From contig NC_092349.1 of NCBI RefSeq assembly GCF_963676685.1, positions 58,218,001 through 58,282,000 on the forward strand: a stretch of 64,000 nt of DNA, given 5' to 3'. Below, piece by piece: positions 1-11,557 of this stretch. Within the stretch, counting starts at the first letter, position 1. Each line of letters starts with the position of its first letter. The notes below the pieces were generated by a model, which did no database searches, was not told the origin of the DNA, and saw only the letters and a program-made list of their open reading frames with translations. Both the position numbers and the translations under genes were made by a program. The stretch is from Mytilus edulis (lineage: Eukaryota).

Positions 1-245
1 CGGATTTGTTATCACATAAGTAACAACGGGTGCCACATGAGGAGCAGGATCTGCTTACCCTTCCGGAGCACCTGAGATCACCCCTAGTTTTTTGGTTGGG
101 TTCGTGTTGTTTATTCTTTAGTTTTCTATGTTGTGTCGTGTGTGCTGTTGTTTATTTGTCCTTTTCATTTTTAGCCATGGGGTTGTCAGTTTGTTTTAGA
201 TTTATGAGTTTGACTATCCCTTTGGTATCTATCGTCCCTCTTTTA
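1..245 (+). repeat. Interspersed repeat (GAGCAGGATCTGCTTACCCTTCCGGAGCACCTGAGATCA family), cut by the window edge
   Basis: The same core recurs at ~18437-18560, with its 3' end at 19910-19945, and degenerately at 51655-52110. Confidence 0.75.
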
Positions 246-359
246 TGACGTGTCACATTGAAATCCTTCAAGAATAGGCATTCATAGAGACAATGAGCTA
301 AGATGGGTTGTGTCTAAATTAAAGGGCGTTATAAACAGCATTACCGTAAATATTAGGAT

Positions 360-902
360 CATCTTCGCTAGCCAAGGGTTACGATCCACTCCCTTTCTCT
401 TCACCCTTGACGGATTGAGATAAAATTTCGGAGACACAAGGTAAGGATTTTTATTGGTTGCAGTCGAAACTCGCTGCATCCAATCAAAAAGCGATATAAC
501 ATGATCACGTGTAAATGTAGAAAGTGTTTGTAAAAAATTGCCACATGTTTTTTGTGCAACAAGTCTTTATATTCTATAAACATACGACTAAATTAAGTGA
601 CAACTTGAATGTTTTTTTTCAATTAGTAGAAGTTCCTGTGTATGTTTCATGCACAAATGCATGCACGTTGACGTATATTTTCGTTTCCGGCTTTATCAAG
701 TGAGTAGAATCTTCACGCTACCGTGTTTTTACCTCCAAATGGAAGAGTTCAAGTGCTACAAATGGTCAAGAATAATGTATTCGGAATAGGCGTGACTTTA
801 ATCTTCCGATAGATGGCGCAACATTGTTTTCACAAATGTTGGCTCAATCCGGCAAGGGTGAAGAGAAAGGGAGTGGATCGTAACACTTGGCTAGCGAAGA
901 TG
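360..902. mobile_element. Mutator-like MITE
   Basis: ~60-bp TIRs (CATCTTCGCTAGCCAAG...CTTGGCTAGCGAAGATG) and a perfect 9-bp TSD TATTAGGAT at 351-359 and 903-911. No ORF. Confidence 0.9.
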
Positions 903-1371
903 TATTAGGATGTGATATCCCGTTTTTTATAACAATTATACAGATACAGCCATACTTCCAAATTGAATTGTTGTATGTATAAAAGAACCTTGTAGGATTT
1001 TTGATTTATTTGTTGTAACGGAAACCCCGTCTAAAATTTTCATAAAACTCGTCAATTTCTCAAAGATCTAGAAGAAGTCAATCGTTGTTGTTAAAATAAG
1101 ACTCATTTTAAAGAAAGTTCTCTTTGGTTAAATTCTGCACTGAAAGTACAGGATTTTTCCTTTATGCTATTTAATTCATTACAAAACTTTGGCCAGGTCA
1201 TAAACTATAGTTTATATAAAAAAAATAAAGAGAGAGAGATAGACATATGTCTGCTATCAAAGAGACGATGTCGTTGGTATACCTACAGGCTATCGATAAT
1301 TAGCTGCTGAAACGAACACATTAGAGAGAAAAGCCACATCAAAAACATAATCTCATCCTAGTTCTATTAAG

Positions 1372-2600
1372 AACAAGAGTGCACACGCTGAAATGTCTCG
1401 CCTTCTGTACTAATCATTGATATTATGTTGATAGTCCTAAGTATAAAGCTTTATTACAACTGTCTCATAAACTTAACATTAACCTGGATAACTAAACAAA
1501 GACCAATGAACCATGAAAATGAGGTCAAAGACAGATGAACCATGCCAGGCAGACATGTACAGCTAACAATGCTTCTATACAACATATATAGTTGACCTAT
1601 TACTTATAGTTTAAGAAAAATAGACCAAAACACAAAAACTTAACACTGTGCAATGAACCGTGAAAATGAGGTCACAGTCAAAGAAACCTGCGCTACTGAC
1701 ATAAAGATCATAAAATATTTCCATACACCAAATATAGTTGACCTATGGCATATAGTATTAGATAAAAAGACCAAAACTCAAAAACTTGACTTTGACCACT
1801 GAACCATGAAAATGAGGTCAAGGTCACATGACATCTGCCCGCTAGACATGTACACCTTACAATCATTCCATACAACAAATATAGTAGACCTATTGCATAT
1901 AGTATGAAAAAAAAACAGACCAAAACACAAAAATTTAACTATAACCACTGAACCATGAAAATGAGGTCAAGGTTACATGACATCTGCCCGCTAGACATGT
2001 ACACCTTACAATCATTCCATACAACAAATATAGTAGACCTATTGCATATAGTGTGAAAAAAACAGACCAAAACACAAAAATTTAACTATAACCACTGAAC
2101 CATGAAAATGAGGTCAAGGTCAGATGACACCTGCCAGTGGGACATGTACACCTTACAGTCCTTCCATACACCGCATATACTAGCCCTATTGCTTATAGTA
2201 TCTGAGATATGGACTTGACCACCAAAACTTAACCTTGTTCACTGATCCATGAAATAAGGTCGAGGTCAAGTGAAAACTGTCTGACAGACATGAGGACCTT
2301 GCAAGGTACGCACATATCAAATATAGTTATCCTATTACTTATAATAAGAGAGAATTCAACATTACAAAAAATCTGAACTTTTTTTTCAAATGGTCACTGA
2401 ACCATGAAAATGAGGTCAAGGACATTGAACATGTGACTGACGGAAAGTTCGTAATATGAGGCACCTATAAACAAAGTATGAAGCATCCAGGTCTTCTACC
2501 TTCCAAAATATAAAGCTTTTAAGAAGTTAGCTAACGCCGCCGCCGGATCACTATCCCTATGCCGAGCTTTCTGCAACAAAAGTTGCAGACTCGACAAAAA
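1372..2600. mobile_element. Helentron/HINE-like non-autonomous element with internal ~149-bp tandem repeats
   Basis: GAACCATGAAAATGAGGTCA recurs at ~1509, 1655, 1801, 1950, 2097, 2244 and 2399. Terminal stem-loop CTGCAAC-AAAA-GTTGCAG followed by an A-run; no TSD. Confidence 0.7.
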
Positions 2601-2697
2601 ATATTAAAGTATGAGTTTGCAATGCTATAAATAGACGTTCAATCGGTAATACTGTAAATAAGTTATGTTCTACAACAGATTTATAAACAGATGTATA

Positions 2698-4413
2698 TCA
2701 AACAAACTCAACTACGTGAAGTTTAGAAGTTTTACAACGTCTAGCATCAGCCTCATGATTGCCACCATCCCAGTCACTCGAGCAGCCAATCAATAATCTT
2801 CCCGTTTTGTCAATATTAAGACTATCAGGGTTCTCAATATCGTCATGACAAAATTTAGTAATAAACTCTCCCTCCTGTGACACAACATGAATGGTGCTCG
2901 AGTCTCTGTCTGCAATTAAGATATGACCATGCATCGTTGTTTCTATGTCATACGGTGTGAATTCATCGTAACAGTTGATGCCAACATGGCCACTGTATGT
3001 CCATTTTGGTTGACCCCATTCTCCTAAGGTAACTACTCTTCCCTTCCTTGGTTCATATGTATAACGTGTACTATACATTGGTCTTTTAGATGAATAACAC
3101 GACTTGTAGTCAATAATGCAAATGTCATTGTTAATATTTGTTGTGATTTTAGCAGGAAAGGTAAATAACCTCTTCTGATTTGTCGCATTACATTCAAAAC
3201 GTCTGATTTCATTTCCAGTTGAGTCAAGTATTATAATTCCAGATTTTGTATTGTTGCGATAATAACTATTACAATATCCTACAATAATGGTACTACGAGT
3301 TGTATGAACCCCACAAGGTTTTAAGTCACCGATTGATGTGAATTTGGTTTGACTGACACTATGGCAAATGTGCATTATTTCATCACCAAGTAAATCATCA
3401 GAAATTAAAATGTTTCCACGGTACTCTGTCATATCTACTACTCGAGTTAATGAATTGAATTGCTTTGACGTATTATTTGCAGCGGTATAATCCAAACATT
3501 TGATTATTTTAAAATTCGAAATAGTGAAATGCTGGAAACGATTTGTCTTCGCACTGTAAAGTACACTAGTTTCAGTATTAAGGGTAGTAATAGCCGAAAT
3601 ATCTGGCATTGCAATAGTGAATGTGTGAACTAAATTCAACACAGGTACTTGATAAATTGATCCAAAGTAAGAATCGTTTGAACTTGATTCAATGTAAGTT
3701 AGATTAGGAGGTTTTATATCAGAAATCGTTTTAGACGGCAAATCTTTGTGAATTTTTTCATATACGAGGAAAATGTTAGATGGTGATGACTCCTTTAGTG
3801 CATTTTCAAGTTCACTCAGTCTTTGTTTTAAATCCTTTTCTATTTTCGCTAACCTTTCTTTCTCTTGTGTCAATGTGTTATCAGCTGGATTCCAAAAACC
3901 GTCTAATTGTTTAAAAAGTTCTTCAGCTTCCTCGGTCAGTGCGTTTTGCCTCTCGGAAATTGTTTGCCTAATCTGATGGTACTGAGATAGGGAATTTGAT
4001 TCTAGATCCTGGAATTCATCGCACTTCTCTTCAAAGAAGGGTAAGACATTCTCAATTTGGTGCTTTAACTCTCTAAGAGTTTCACGCCTTACATCGTAAA
4101 TCCTTGTCAATTCTTCTTGGTCGAATGGATTAACTAAACAAGACGAACAAAGGGATTTGTCACAGTTTCGACAAAAAATTAAACAGCTATGTTCAGGATG
4201 TGTATAACATGGAATACATTTTAGATTAACCGTATCACTGTTCACAGTATCCTTATATGTATAATCGTTAACATCATGTTCGTGTGAATTTTTAAGTACT
4301 GCATGAATATTTATTCTGCACGGGTCACAGAAAAATACTTCACAAGTCTTACACTTCCATTTAATTTCAGACGATGTCTTACAAAATTGGCATTTCAGTA
4401 AGTTTTGTGCCAT
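2698..4413 (-). CDS. RING-less TRIM-like protein 1 (B-box1, B-box2, coiled coil, NHL-like beta-propeller), intronless CDS
   Basis: B-box1 CQFC..CKTCEVFFCDPCRINIH..HEH; B-box2 CYTH..FCRNCDKSLCSSC; coiled coil; C-terminal propeller repeats (PCGVH, PAKIT, PYDI, PDSL). Start placed at the MAQN shared by all three paralogues. Confidence 0.9.
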   Translation of the reverse strand: MAQNLLKCQFCKTSSEIKWKCKTCEVFFCDPCRINIHAVLKNSHEHDVNDYTYKDTVNSDTVNLKCIPCYTHPEHSCLIFCRNCDKSLCSSCLVNPFDQEELTRIYDVRRETLRELKHQIENVLPFFEEKCDEFQDLESNSLSQYHQIRQTISERQNALTEEAEELFKQLDGFWNPADNTLTQEKERLAKIEKDLKQRLSELENALKESSPSNIFLVYEKIHKDLPSKTISDIKPPNLTYIESSSNDSYFGSIYQVPVLNLVHTFTIAMPDISAITTLNTETSVLYSAKTNRFQHFTISNFKIIKCLDYTAANNTSKQFNSLTRVVDMTEYRGNILISDDLLGDEIMHICHSVSQTKFTSIGDLKPCGVHTTRSTIIVGYCNSYYRNNTKSGIIILDSTGNEIRRFECNATNQKRLFTFPAKITTNINNDICIIDYKSCYSSKRPMYSTRYTYEPRKGRVVTLGEWGQPKWTYSGHVGINCYDEFTPYDIETTMHGHILIADRDSSTIHVVSQEGEFITKFCHDDIENPDSLNIDKTGRLLIGCSSDWDGGNHEADARRCKTSKLHVVEFV

Positions 4414-4841
4414 GTTCATCAATATAAAACTGATGTAATATCCTACTTCGTGTTTATTTATAAACGACGGTCTGATCTTTGTATGCAGAATGGATGCACG
4501 TTTTGAACTTCAAATATCAAAATATAATCCACCTGCTGTTGATTATCAGTTTACAAGATAAAAATGTCCCCAAATAGATCTTATTGTTAGTAACCAAGTA
4601 AAACCAAGATAAAACCTTGATAGCTGGGACATGAAAGTGTCTATATACTCGACTAAATTGGTCGACATTTTAAGAATTGCATATTTTGCATATACGTGAT
4701 AATAATGTTTTTGTCAAATGAATATCGTTTGGTGTTAATGATATACCTTCTTAATGAAGTATTGGAAAAAAGTAAAGCTGTAGGATTAGAAGAACACCTA
4801 CATATGTTTTGCTCATTAACAAAATAAATGATTTAAAGGTG

Positions 4842-7800
4842 CCTGTATGAAAAAATCCAGGCGTATTTTACATGGATTCCAGACGGATATTTTACAGGGC
4901 ATCCGTTTAAAGTCCACTTTTACACGAGGAATCTTTCTTACATGGATTCCAGGCGGGTTACGGGCGGAATAGAGCTGAAAAATGCAAATTTATCAGCCTG
5001 TCTTAGGAGGAAAAATTTCCGTCTAATTAAAGGAAAAATGTTTTTCTCAAAAATATATCTGCCTAAAGAGACGGAAAATATATCCGCCTAAAGAGACGAA
5101 AAATATATCCGCCTAATGAAACGGAAAATTTATCCGCCTTCGAAAAAAATCCGCCTTAGAATATGAAAAAAAATCCGCCTCAAGAATATGAAAAAAATTC
5201 TGCCCTCAATGAAAGAATTTTTTCATTCCAAAGATTCAGGTTTTTACCACTTCCATGCCTTCTTGCGAAGAAAAACAAGCCCTTCATACAATAAAATGCT
5301 AAAATTGTTATCAAACTTGATCGAATGTATTTAAGCAACTACAAATTACTATACATGTATGTATAATTTTGACATTTTTAGTTCTTCACAATTTCTTCAT
5401 TTTCAGTTATTAGTCATATTTTTAAGGTTTTTCAGTGTTCTTTGAATATAAATTATTATCACAAGTTTCTGAATTTATTTCGTGCATAACTGATTTGTTC
5501 TGTAACAGCATCATTGATATGACCATCTTGCATGGATCTGTTGTGTTTTGTGCACCAAGCAGTAACATAACCTGAAAAAAATGAGGACATAAATTAAAAT
5601 TACCATGCATTATTGGTTTAACTAAAAGGAATTTGACAAATTTCTCTATGTTATACAGGTAAATTGTGAGCTGCCTAAGTAGGTGGGGTTTTCCTTCATT
5701 TTGACATATTGACTTGAATTTACTGTTTTTACCATATATTAACAGAAACATCTAAAACTTAAAATTATAAGATTAAACTATGAAAAATAAGATGTAAAGC
5801 ATGTTTTAAAGAGTGATTATATTTTAAGAAATAATCCTTGTAAAATCAAGGGCAGATAATTATAATGAATTTACTATGACCTGTTTTGACCTGTTTTGGG
5901 GATTTTCTCAATAAAATAAGACCTGTGGGCTGTAACCCCTGTTTTCAATTTTCTAATTTTAAAGATATATAGCATGTTTATATCAAAAAAATATTACAGA
6001 TGGTTTTACAACTTTTGATTTTTTTTTAAATGTTTTGAAAGTCCAATATGTTTAAAAATTACTTAAAAAGCATTTATAAGAATTTCTTTCATATAAAACT
6101 ACTTACTCCAAGTCTGATTGAATGTGTTCATTCTTCAGTCCTATCAGAAAACAATTTTCTTTTGTTTCACCAGTTCTAAAATATAAAAAGAAAATTGTCT
6201 CATTACCACAGTGTGGGAACGGAACTGTACGGTTTTCTAATAATTTGGTCATTCGGGAGACTGTCAAGCGGGGCTCCGACATTTGCAGAATAACAAGTTG
6301 CTTGATGGAAACTTTGATGAACTCTTATGCTACTATGAAACGTTTCTGTTTCAAGTTTTGATAGCTAAAACAATCTTTATGTAAATATGAACCAATAAAA
6401 TAATAAGAAAGATATATGCATCCAAACGTTTTCCTTAGAATGGTGGAGCTCCGTGTAAAACAATCAAAACTGTCATATAAACATAGCAAAATCAATGTTT
6501 GCTACCTGAATTTTCACATGTACCTTTTCTGATATAAAGTCTTACCTTACTGAAAGTTTCAAAGCCATCGTCCCAGTAGAAATCCAAATATATTCGTTTT
6601 CTTCATGTCGGATATTTTTATTGACTGTACAATCGCTTGCAAGTTTACTGTAATATCACTCGGAGCCTTCCTGTACAATCGCTTTGAGCTTTTCTTTTCA
6701 TCGTTTGGACAACTAGACTACTAAGAAAGGAGGGTAACCTACTTTCCCTTGTAATGACTTTACGCACCAGCTAACAAGCAAGCTAGTCAAAGGTATTACC
6801 TTTACCTTCATTGCATTTTGCTGTAATCGTTTCTAGTGACATATGACTAATTAAAACTCTTAAGTAGATAATACTTTCTACTATCTCTTCTGCCACATTC
6901 ATGATCAGTTTATGTTTTCCATGATACTTTTGTCATATAAATATTTATTAAAACTACTGCAATCCAATACAATATATGTCTGGCATGATTTTTTTCTCCT
7001 TTTTTGTTACGAATTAATAACTTACAGTTAGTTATTTGGTTTTGTTGTTTTAAACCTAAATTACACACTCAAAAGTGTTACTCATGTTTGAAGCTTTTAT
7101 TTGAATGGATGCAGCCTGCATTAGCGTATCCGGTATGCGGGGAGAGGGAGTTTTGGTGGTTGAAACCCCATTTTTTTCGATTTGTTTTTAAATTTCGTGG
7201 ACGTTTCCGGGTGTTCCGTGGTTTGGACCCCCCTATTTTTGCAGAAAGGCGGGATCCGCTCCTGGTCTGATATCGTCAATGATAGTATTAAATGATGATC
7301 AGATCATTCAACAGATTATTTTTAGTTTGGTCTTGTGCTCTGCTGATTTCGGGTAGAAATGAGCGCACAATTTTTTTTTAACCCTGCCAATTTCTTAATG
7401 TACCTGTTCCAATTCAAGAGCCCGTAGTTCAGTGGTTGTCGTTGGTTCATGTCTGTCATATATGTTTTTCGTAAATTGTTTCATTATGAATTAGACCGTC
7501 AGTTAAATTCGAAAGGTATTGATTCTTATTTTTCATGTCGGAACCTTTTATAGCCGACTATAATTGCTTAAATCTATTTATTTTTTGAAATTTGACAATC
7601 ATATCACATCTCCTTATTTTTATATTGAAAATATAAATGTGGTTTGATAAAATGTTGTTCTCACTAAAAAAAAAGAAAAACTGTTTCGTTCGTTTTTCGG
7701 ATGCTATAGTTGGGGAATATTGAAAAGTTCCCGAATCATGACATTGATATAAACAAAAATCATGTTGAAGGATTTTGTGTTTTCTCTGTCTTACAGCGGA

Positions 7801-10800
7801 TAACAAGTCCTCTCCCATTCTAGATAAAATTTGATTTACTGGAACTTTTTCATAGCTTGTAATAAACAAACATCTCATTCGAAATTATACCACATCTTAT
7901 TTTAATATCATGTTTATTTACATATACGTGTCTTTTTCTTGGATCAGGGGTTAACTACCACCATTTCACATTCGAATTCCTTTATCAAGTTACAATATCC
8001 CGATCCTTTAATGAAAAATTCTTTGTTGTATTGTTCAAATGTGTATTTATTATCTTTTTTCAAATTGCTGGTAAATAACATATTAAGTAAAATTTAAAAT
8101 ATACTAATACCCTTTTAGAGCATCTAGTCACCTTTCGGTATATATATAAATATTTATTTTGTACGAGGATTATTATCATTTTTATTTTAAATTAATATAT
8201 TCTGAACATATTTTGTACTGTCCTTTTCTTTTTGTCTTGTATATGTATTCAGTGGTTGTTTGTTTAGGTGTTACATATTTGTTTTTCGTTCCTTTTTTGT
8301 ACATAAATAAGCCGTTAGTTTTCTCGTTTTACATTGTTATTTCGGGGCATTTTATAGCTGACTATACGGTATGGGCTTTGTTCATTGTTCACCACCGCAC
8401 AGTGACCTATAGTTGGTAATTTCTGTGTCATTTGTGGAGAGTTGTCTCTTTGGCAATCATACCACACCTTCTTTTTTATATCTATTGTACACATTTTGTT
8501 TTTGTCTCTGATATAGTCACCTTGATAGAATCTTAATTGTCGAAACGACTGGTTTGGTGCTTATTTTCACTTCAAATACTATAGATGAATATAATAGGAC
8601 AGCAAGAAACAACCAATGCAATGCATGTGCAATGTATTTAATAAATTTGGCCAAGCACTTATACAGGAAAGCTCCAAGTGATTGTACAGGAAGGCTCCGA
8701 GTGATATTACAGTAAACTTGCAAGCGATTGTACAGTCAATTAAAATATCCGAAATGGAGAAAATGAATATATTTGGATTTCTACTGGGACGATGGCTTTG
8801 AAACTTTCAGTAAGGTAAGACTATATATCAGAAAAGATACATATAAATATTTAGGTAGCAAACATTGATTTTTCGATGTGTATTTGACATTTTTGATCGC
8901 TACTGTGTGACAATTTTGATCGTTTTACACGGAGCTCCACCATTCTAAGGAAAACGTTTGGATGCATATATCTTTCTTATTATTTTATTGGTTCATATTT
9001 ACATAAAGAATGTTTTAGCTATCAAAGCTTGAAACAGAAACGTTTCATAGTAGCATAAGAGTTCATCAAAGTTTCCATCAAGCAACTTGTTATTTTGCAA
9101 ATGTCGGAGCCTCGCTTGACAGTCTCCCGAATGACCAACTTATTAGAAAACCGTACATTTCCGTTCCCACACTGTGATTACAATTAAACCAAAAAATTAT
9201 TACATATTCTGTGCATTAAGTGTATAGGTTATTTTTTACTTTGATTAGTACATGTAGTATTGGTCTTTTATTTTACTTTAACATCATAGGCCTGCATTTA
9301 CATGTAATGATGTACAAAATGTATGTCTTGCAATTTTAAAAATCTTAAATTTGATCCATAATCATGATAATTGAGTAGATATGTACTAATTTTAAAAGAT
9401 AACACTTTTTGATTTCGGAATAGATGTCTATATACATATTTAATTATTACAGTCATACAACAGATCTCCAATTTTGCCAAAACTACTATTAAATAATATA
9501 TTATAAAAGAGATTGTCTTAAAGATATAAGTCTTGTGTAATACACAATACCACAGTAATTATGTACATGATGTAATTATGCAAAAATTGCATGGTCTTAT
9601 ATAGTTATTTCTTGATCCTGCATGGTACTTATATATGTCACAAGTTATTTGAAGGAAATAGCAGTTTCATAATATTCAAAAAGGTTGAAATATTTATATT
9701 CATTATTTCAACTTACCAGAAGATTCAATCCAAAATATATGAAAACATCAATCTTCACAAGTCCAATAGTCATGTCATCAGAAGAATACATCTGCACAGT
9801 TTTTAATGTTAATAGAATACTTTGGCTCTTTTTAGTCCACAACTCTACATCCATGGTAAAATTCATATTTTGGTCAAGATAAATAAGACATCTTTTCTTG
9901 TAATGTCTGAAAGTTCAAATTTTGAATCTGACCAGTGTTGGGGTTATTTTGGGAGTTGTTTGATTCCTTGAAATGTTTCCCTAATCATACTATTAATTAC
10001 CTAAATCTTAAATATTTGATAAATATAATAATAAATAAATAATATTCACCATTTTTAATCTATTATTTTTATATTTTGGACTGTAGAAATTTAAGAGAAA
10101 TGTACAATGTAGTCTTCTTCATTAGGCCCCAACTCTTGAGTGTGTACATATCATTTCCTGTCCATTTCACAGAGGCAAATGGAAAACAGATGGAGGACCT
10201 ACATAACATTTCTATCACTAACTGATAAGAAAGAGACTGCATGGAAATACTTTTTGTGTATTATCATGATTATTACTTAATTAAATAGAGATACACTTAA
10301 TAATTAATTGTACTTGAAAATAAATTAATTTTAACCTGCAATTCCTTTGTTGGAAAATTCAAAAATAAATTATTGTCTTAAATACTGTTAGTGAAATAAT
10401 TATATATATTCTAGTCTCTTTTTATATGTTTAAATGTATATAAATAGCATCACATAACATAAAGTTATAAATTACCTTACAATGCTATCACAATTTAAAT
10501 TTAATTTAATTTAATATGCCATCTTTAAGACTCTTTAAATATATGTTGGATTTCAGGGGGGTACAAATACTGGCTTTATGGCCCAAATAATCACCATGCA
10601 CTCTCTCATCATTTTCATTTGAAAAAAAAATTAAAAGAACAATTCTACCTCAAAAGTTAGAAAAAATTTCTAAGTACAATTCCCGCCTGATAAAGTTGAA
10701 CAAAATCTTTTAAGTCCAATTTCCTCCTAAGAAATTTGAACAAATATACTAAGTCCAGCATTCCGTCTATGATATAACTACAGAAATTCTGTTAACTCAA

Positions 10801-10965
10801 CAGGAAAGTAGTAAATATTTCGCCTAAGGTCTTTGATACTTCAGGCGGATTTTTTTCAATATTCCATGTCCGCCTTAATTCCGTCTATAAGTCTTAATTT
10901 TTAGGTGGATTCCGCCTGGGTTCCTGCTATTTTTAAGCGGAATACTCCTAATATTCTCAACGGGG
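4842..10965. mobile_element. Possible large CACTA/EnSpm-like element with subterminal ATCCGCCT repeats
   Basis: Arrays of (A)TCCGCCT/AGGCGGA at 4850-5200 and 10680-10960. The two ends are only loosely complementary. Confidence 0.35.
6207..9176. mobile_element. Non-autonomous Transib/RAG-like DNA transposon with long TIRs
   Basis: TIRs at ~6207-6694 and ~8667-9176, both starting CACAGTGTGGGAACGGAA. 5-bp TSD ATTAC at 6202-6206 and 9177-9181. No transposase ORF. The structure is directly visible; the superfamily is inferred. Confidence 0.8.
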
Positions 10966-11380
10966 TATACCATTAATTCGAAGCTGTTAAGGGGGAAATT
11001 AACCAACAAAAAACACAAGTGGAAAATGCAATAGATTCAATCGAACTTCCTTGGATGAAAAACTTCGAACTACATATATTCCGGTCAAAATGACAACACA
11101 GGACAGTAAAGCATATTCCAAACTTCTTTTGTTATGCACTGTTGAATAACATCTCACCAGAATGAATTGAAATGACAATTTTCAAACCCTTTTATCCAAA
11201 ATACCCCATTTTGTATTGGCCAGCAAAGTAAATAAATTATAAAAGGTACCTTGCTTATACCATATAAAATGCATTTCCTATATCGGCGTTTCTTAAATCT
11301 TTAGCAACGAGTATTTCAATATTTCTCGATTTTTAAACGGGACTTTGTACTTTAACATTGTGACAAAGCTTATTACAGAA

Positions 11381-11557
11381 ACTGTGATTTTATTATTATT
11401 CGACGAATAGCATTATCGTGGATTTCGTAGGTAGTAAAGATGAACAACGAATGTAAATTTTTAATGAGTACACATTTTATATTGGGTTGTGTGCACTAAA
11501 TATAATGTTTCTTCAATCCACGAAATTACTTTCCCGAAAATAACAGAACCCACAGTA
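11381..11557. mobile_element. Degenerate MITE (ACTGTG...CACAGTA termini)
   Basis: Related copy at 36823-37044 (TACTGTGGATTCATT...AATGAATCTATTGTA). Confidence 0.45.

Noticed and set aside
1500-2430. CRISPR-like regularly spaced repeats
   Set aside because: The intervening sequences are homologous to each other (tandem repeat), the context is eukaryotic, and there are no cas genes.
3033-3227. Overlapping alternative-frame ORF also present at 13751-13945
   Set aside because: Explained by nucleotide similarity of the paralogous CDSs; not listed in the ORF track for copy 3.
5685-5694. NF-kB-like site GGGGTTTTCC upstream of TRIM copy 1
   Set aside because: Single 10-mer, probably inside a transposon, with no counterpart seen in the paralogues; expected by chance.
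6207-6250. True 12/23 RSS pair implying V(D)J-like recombination of the TRIM genes
   Set aside because: No nonamer at 12 or 23 bp, symmetric ends, and the heptamers abut non-coding DNA with a TSD rather than gene segments.
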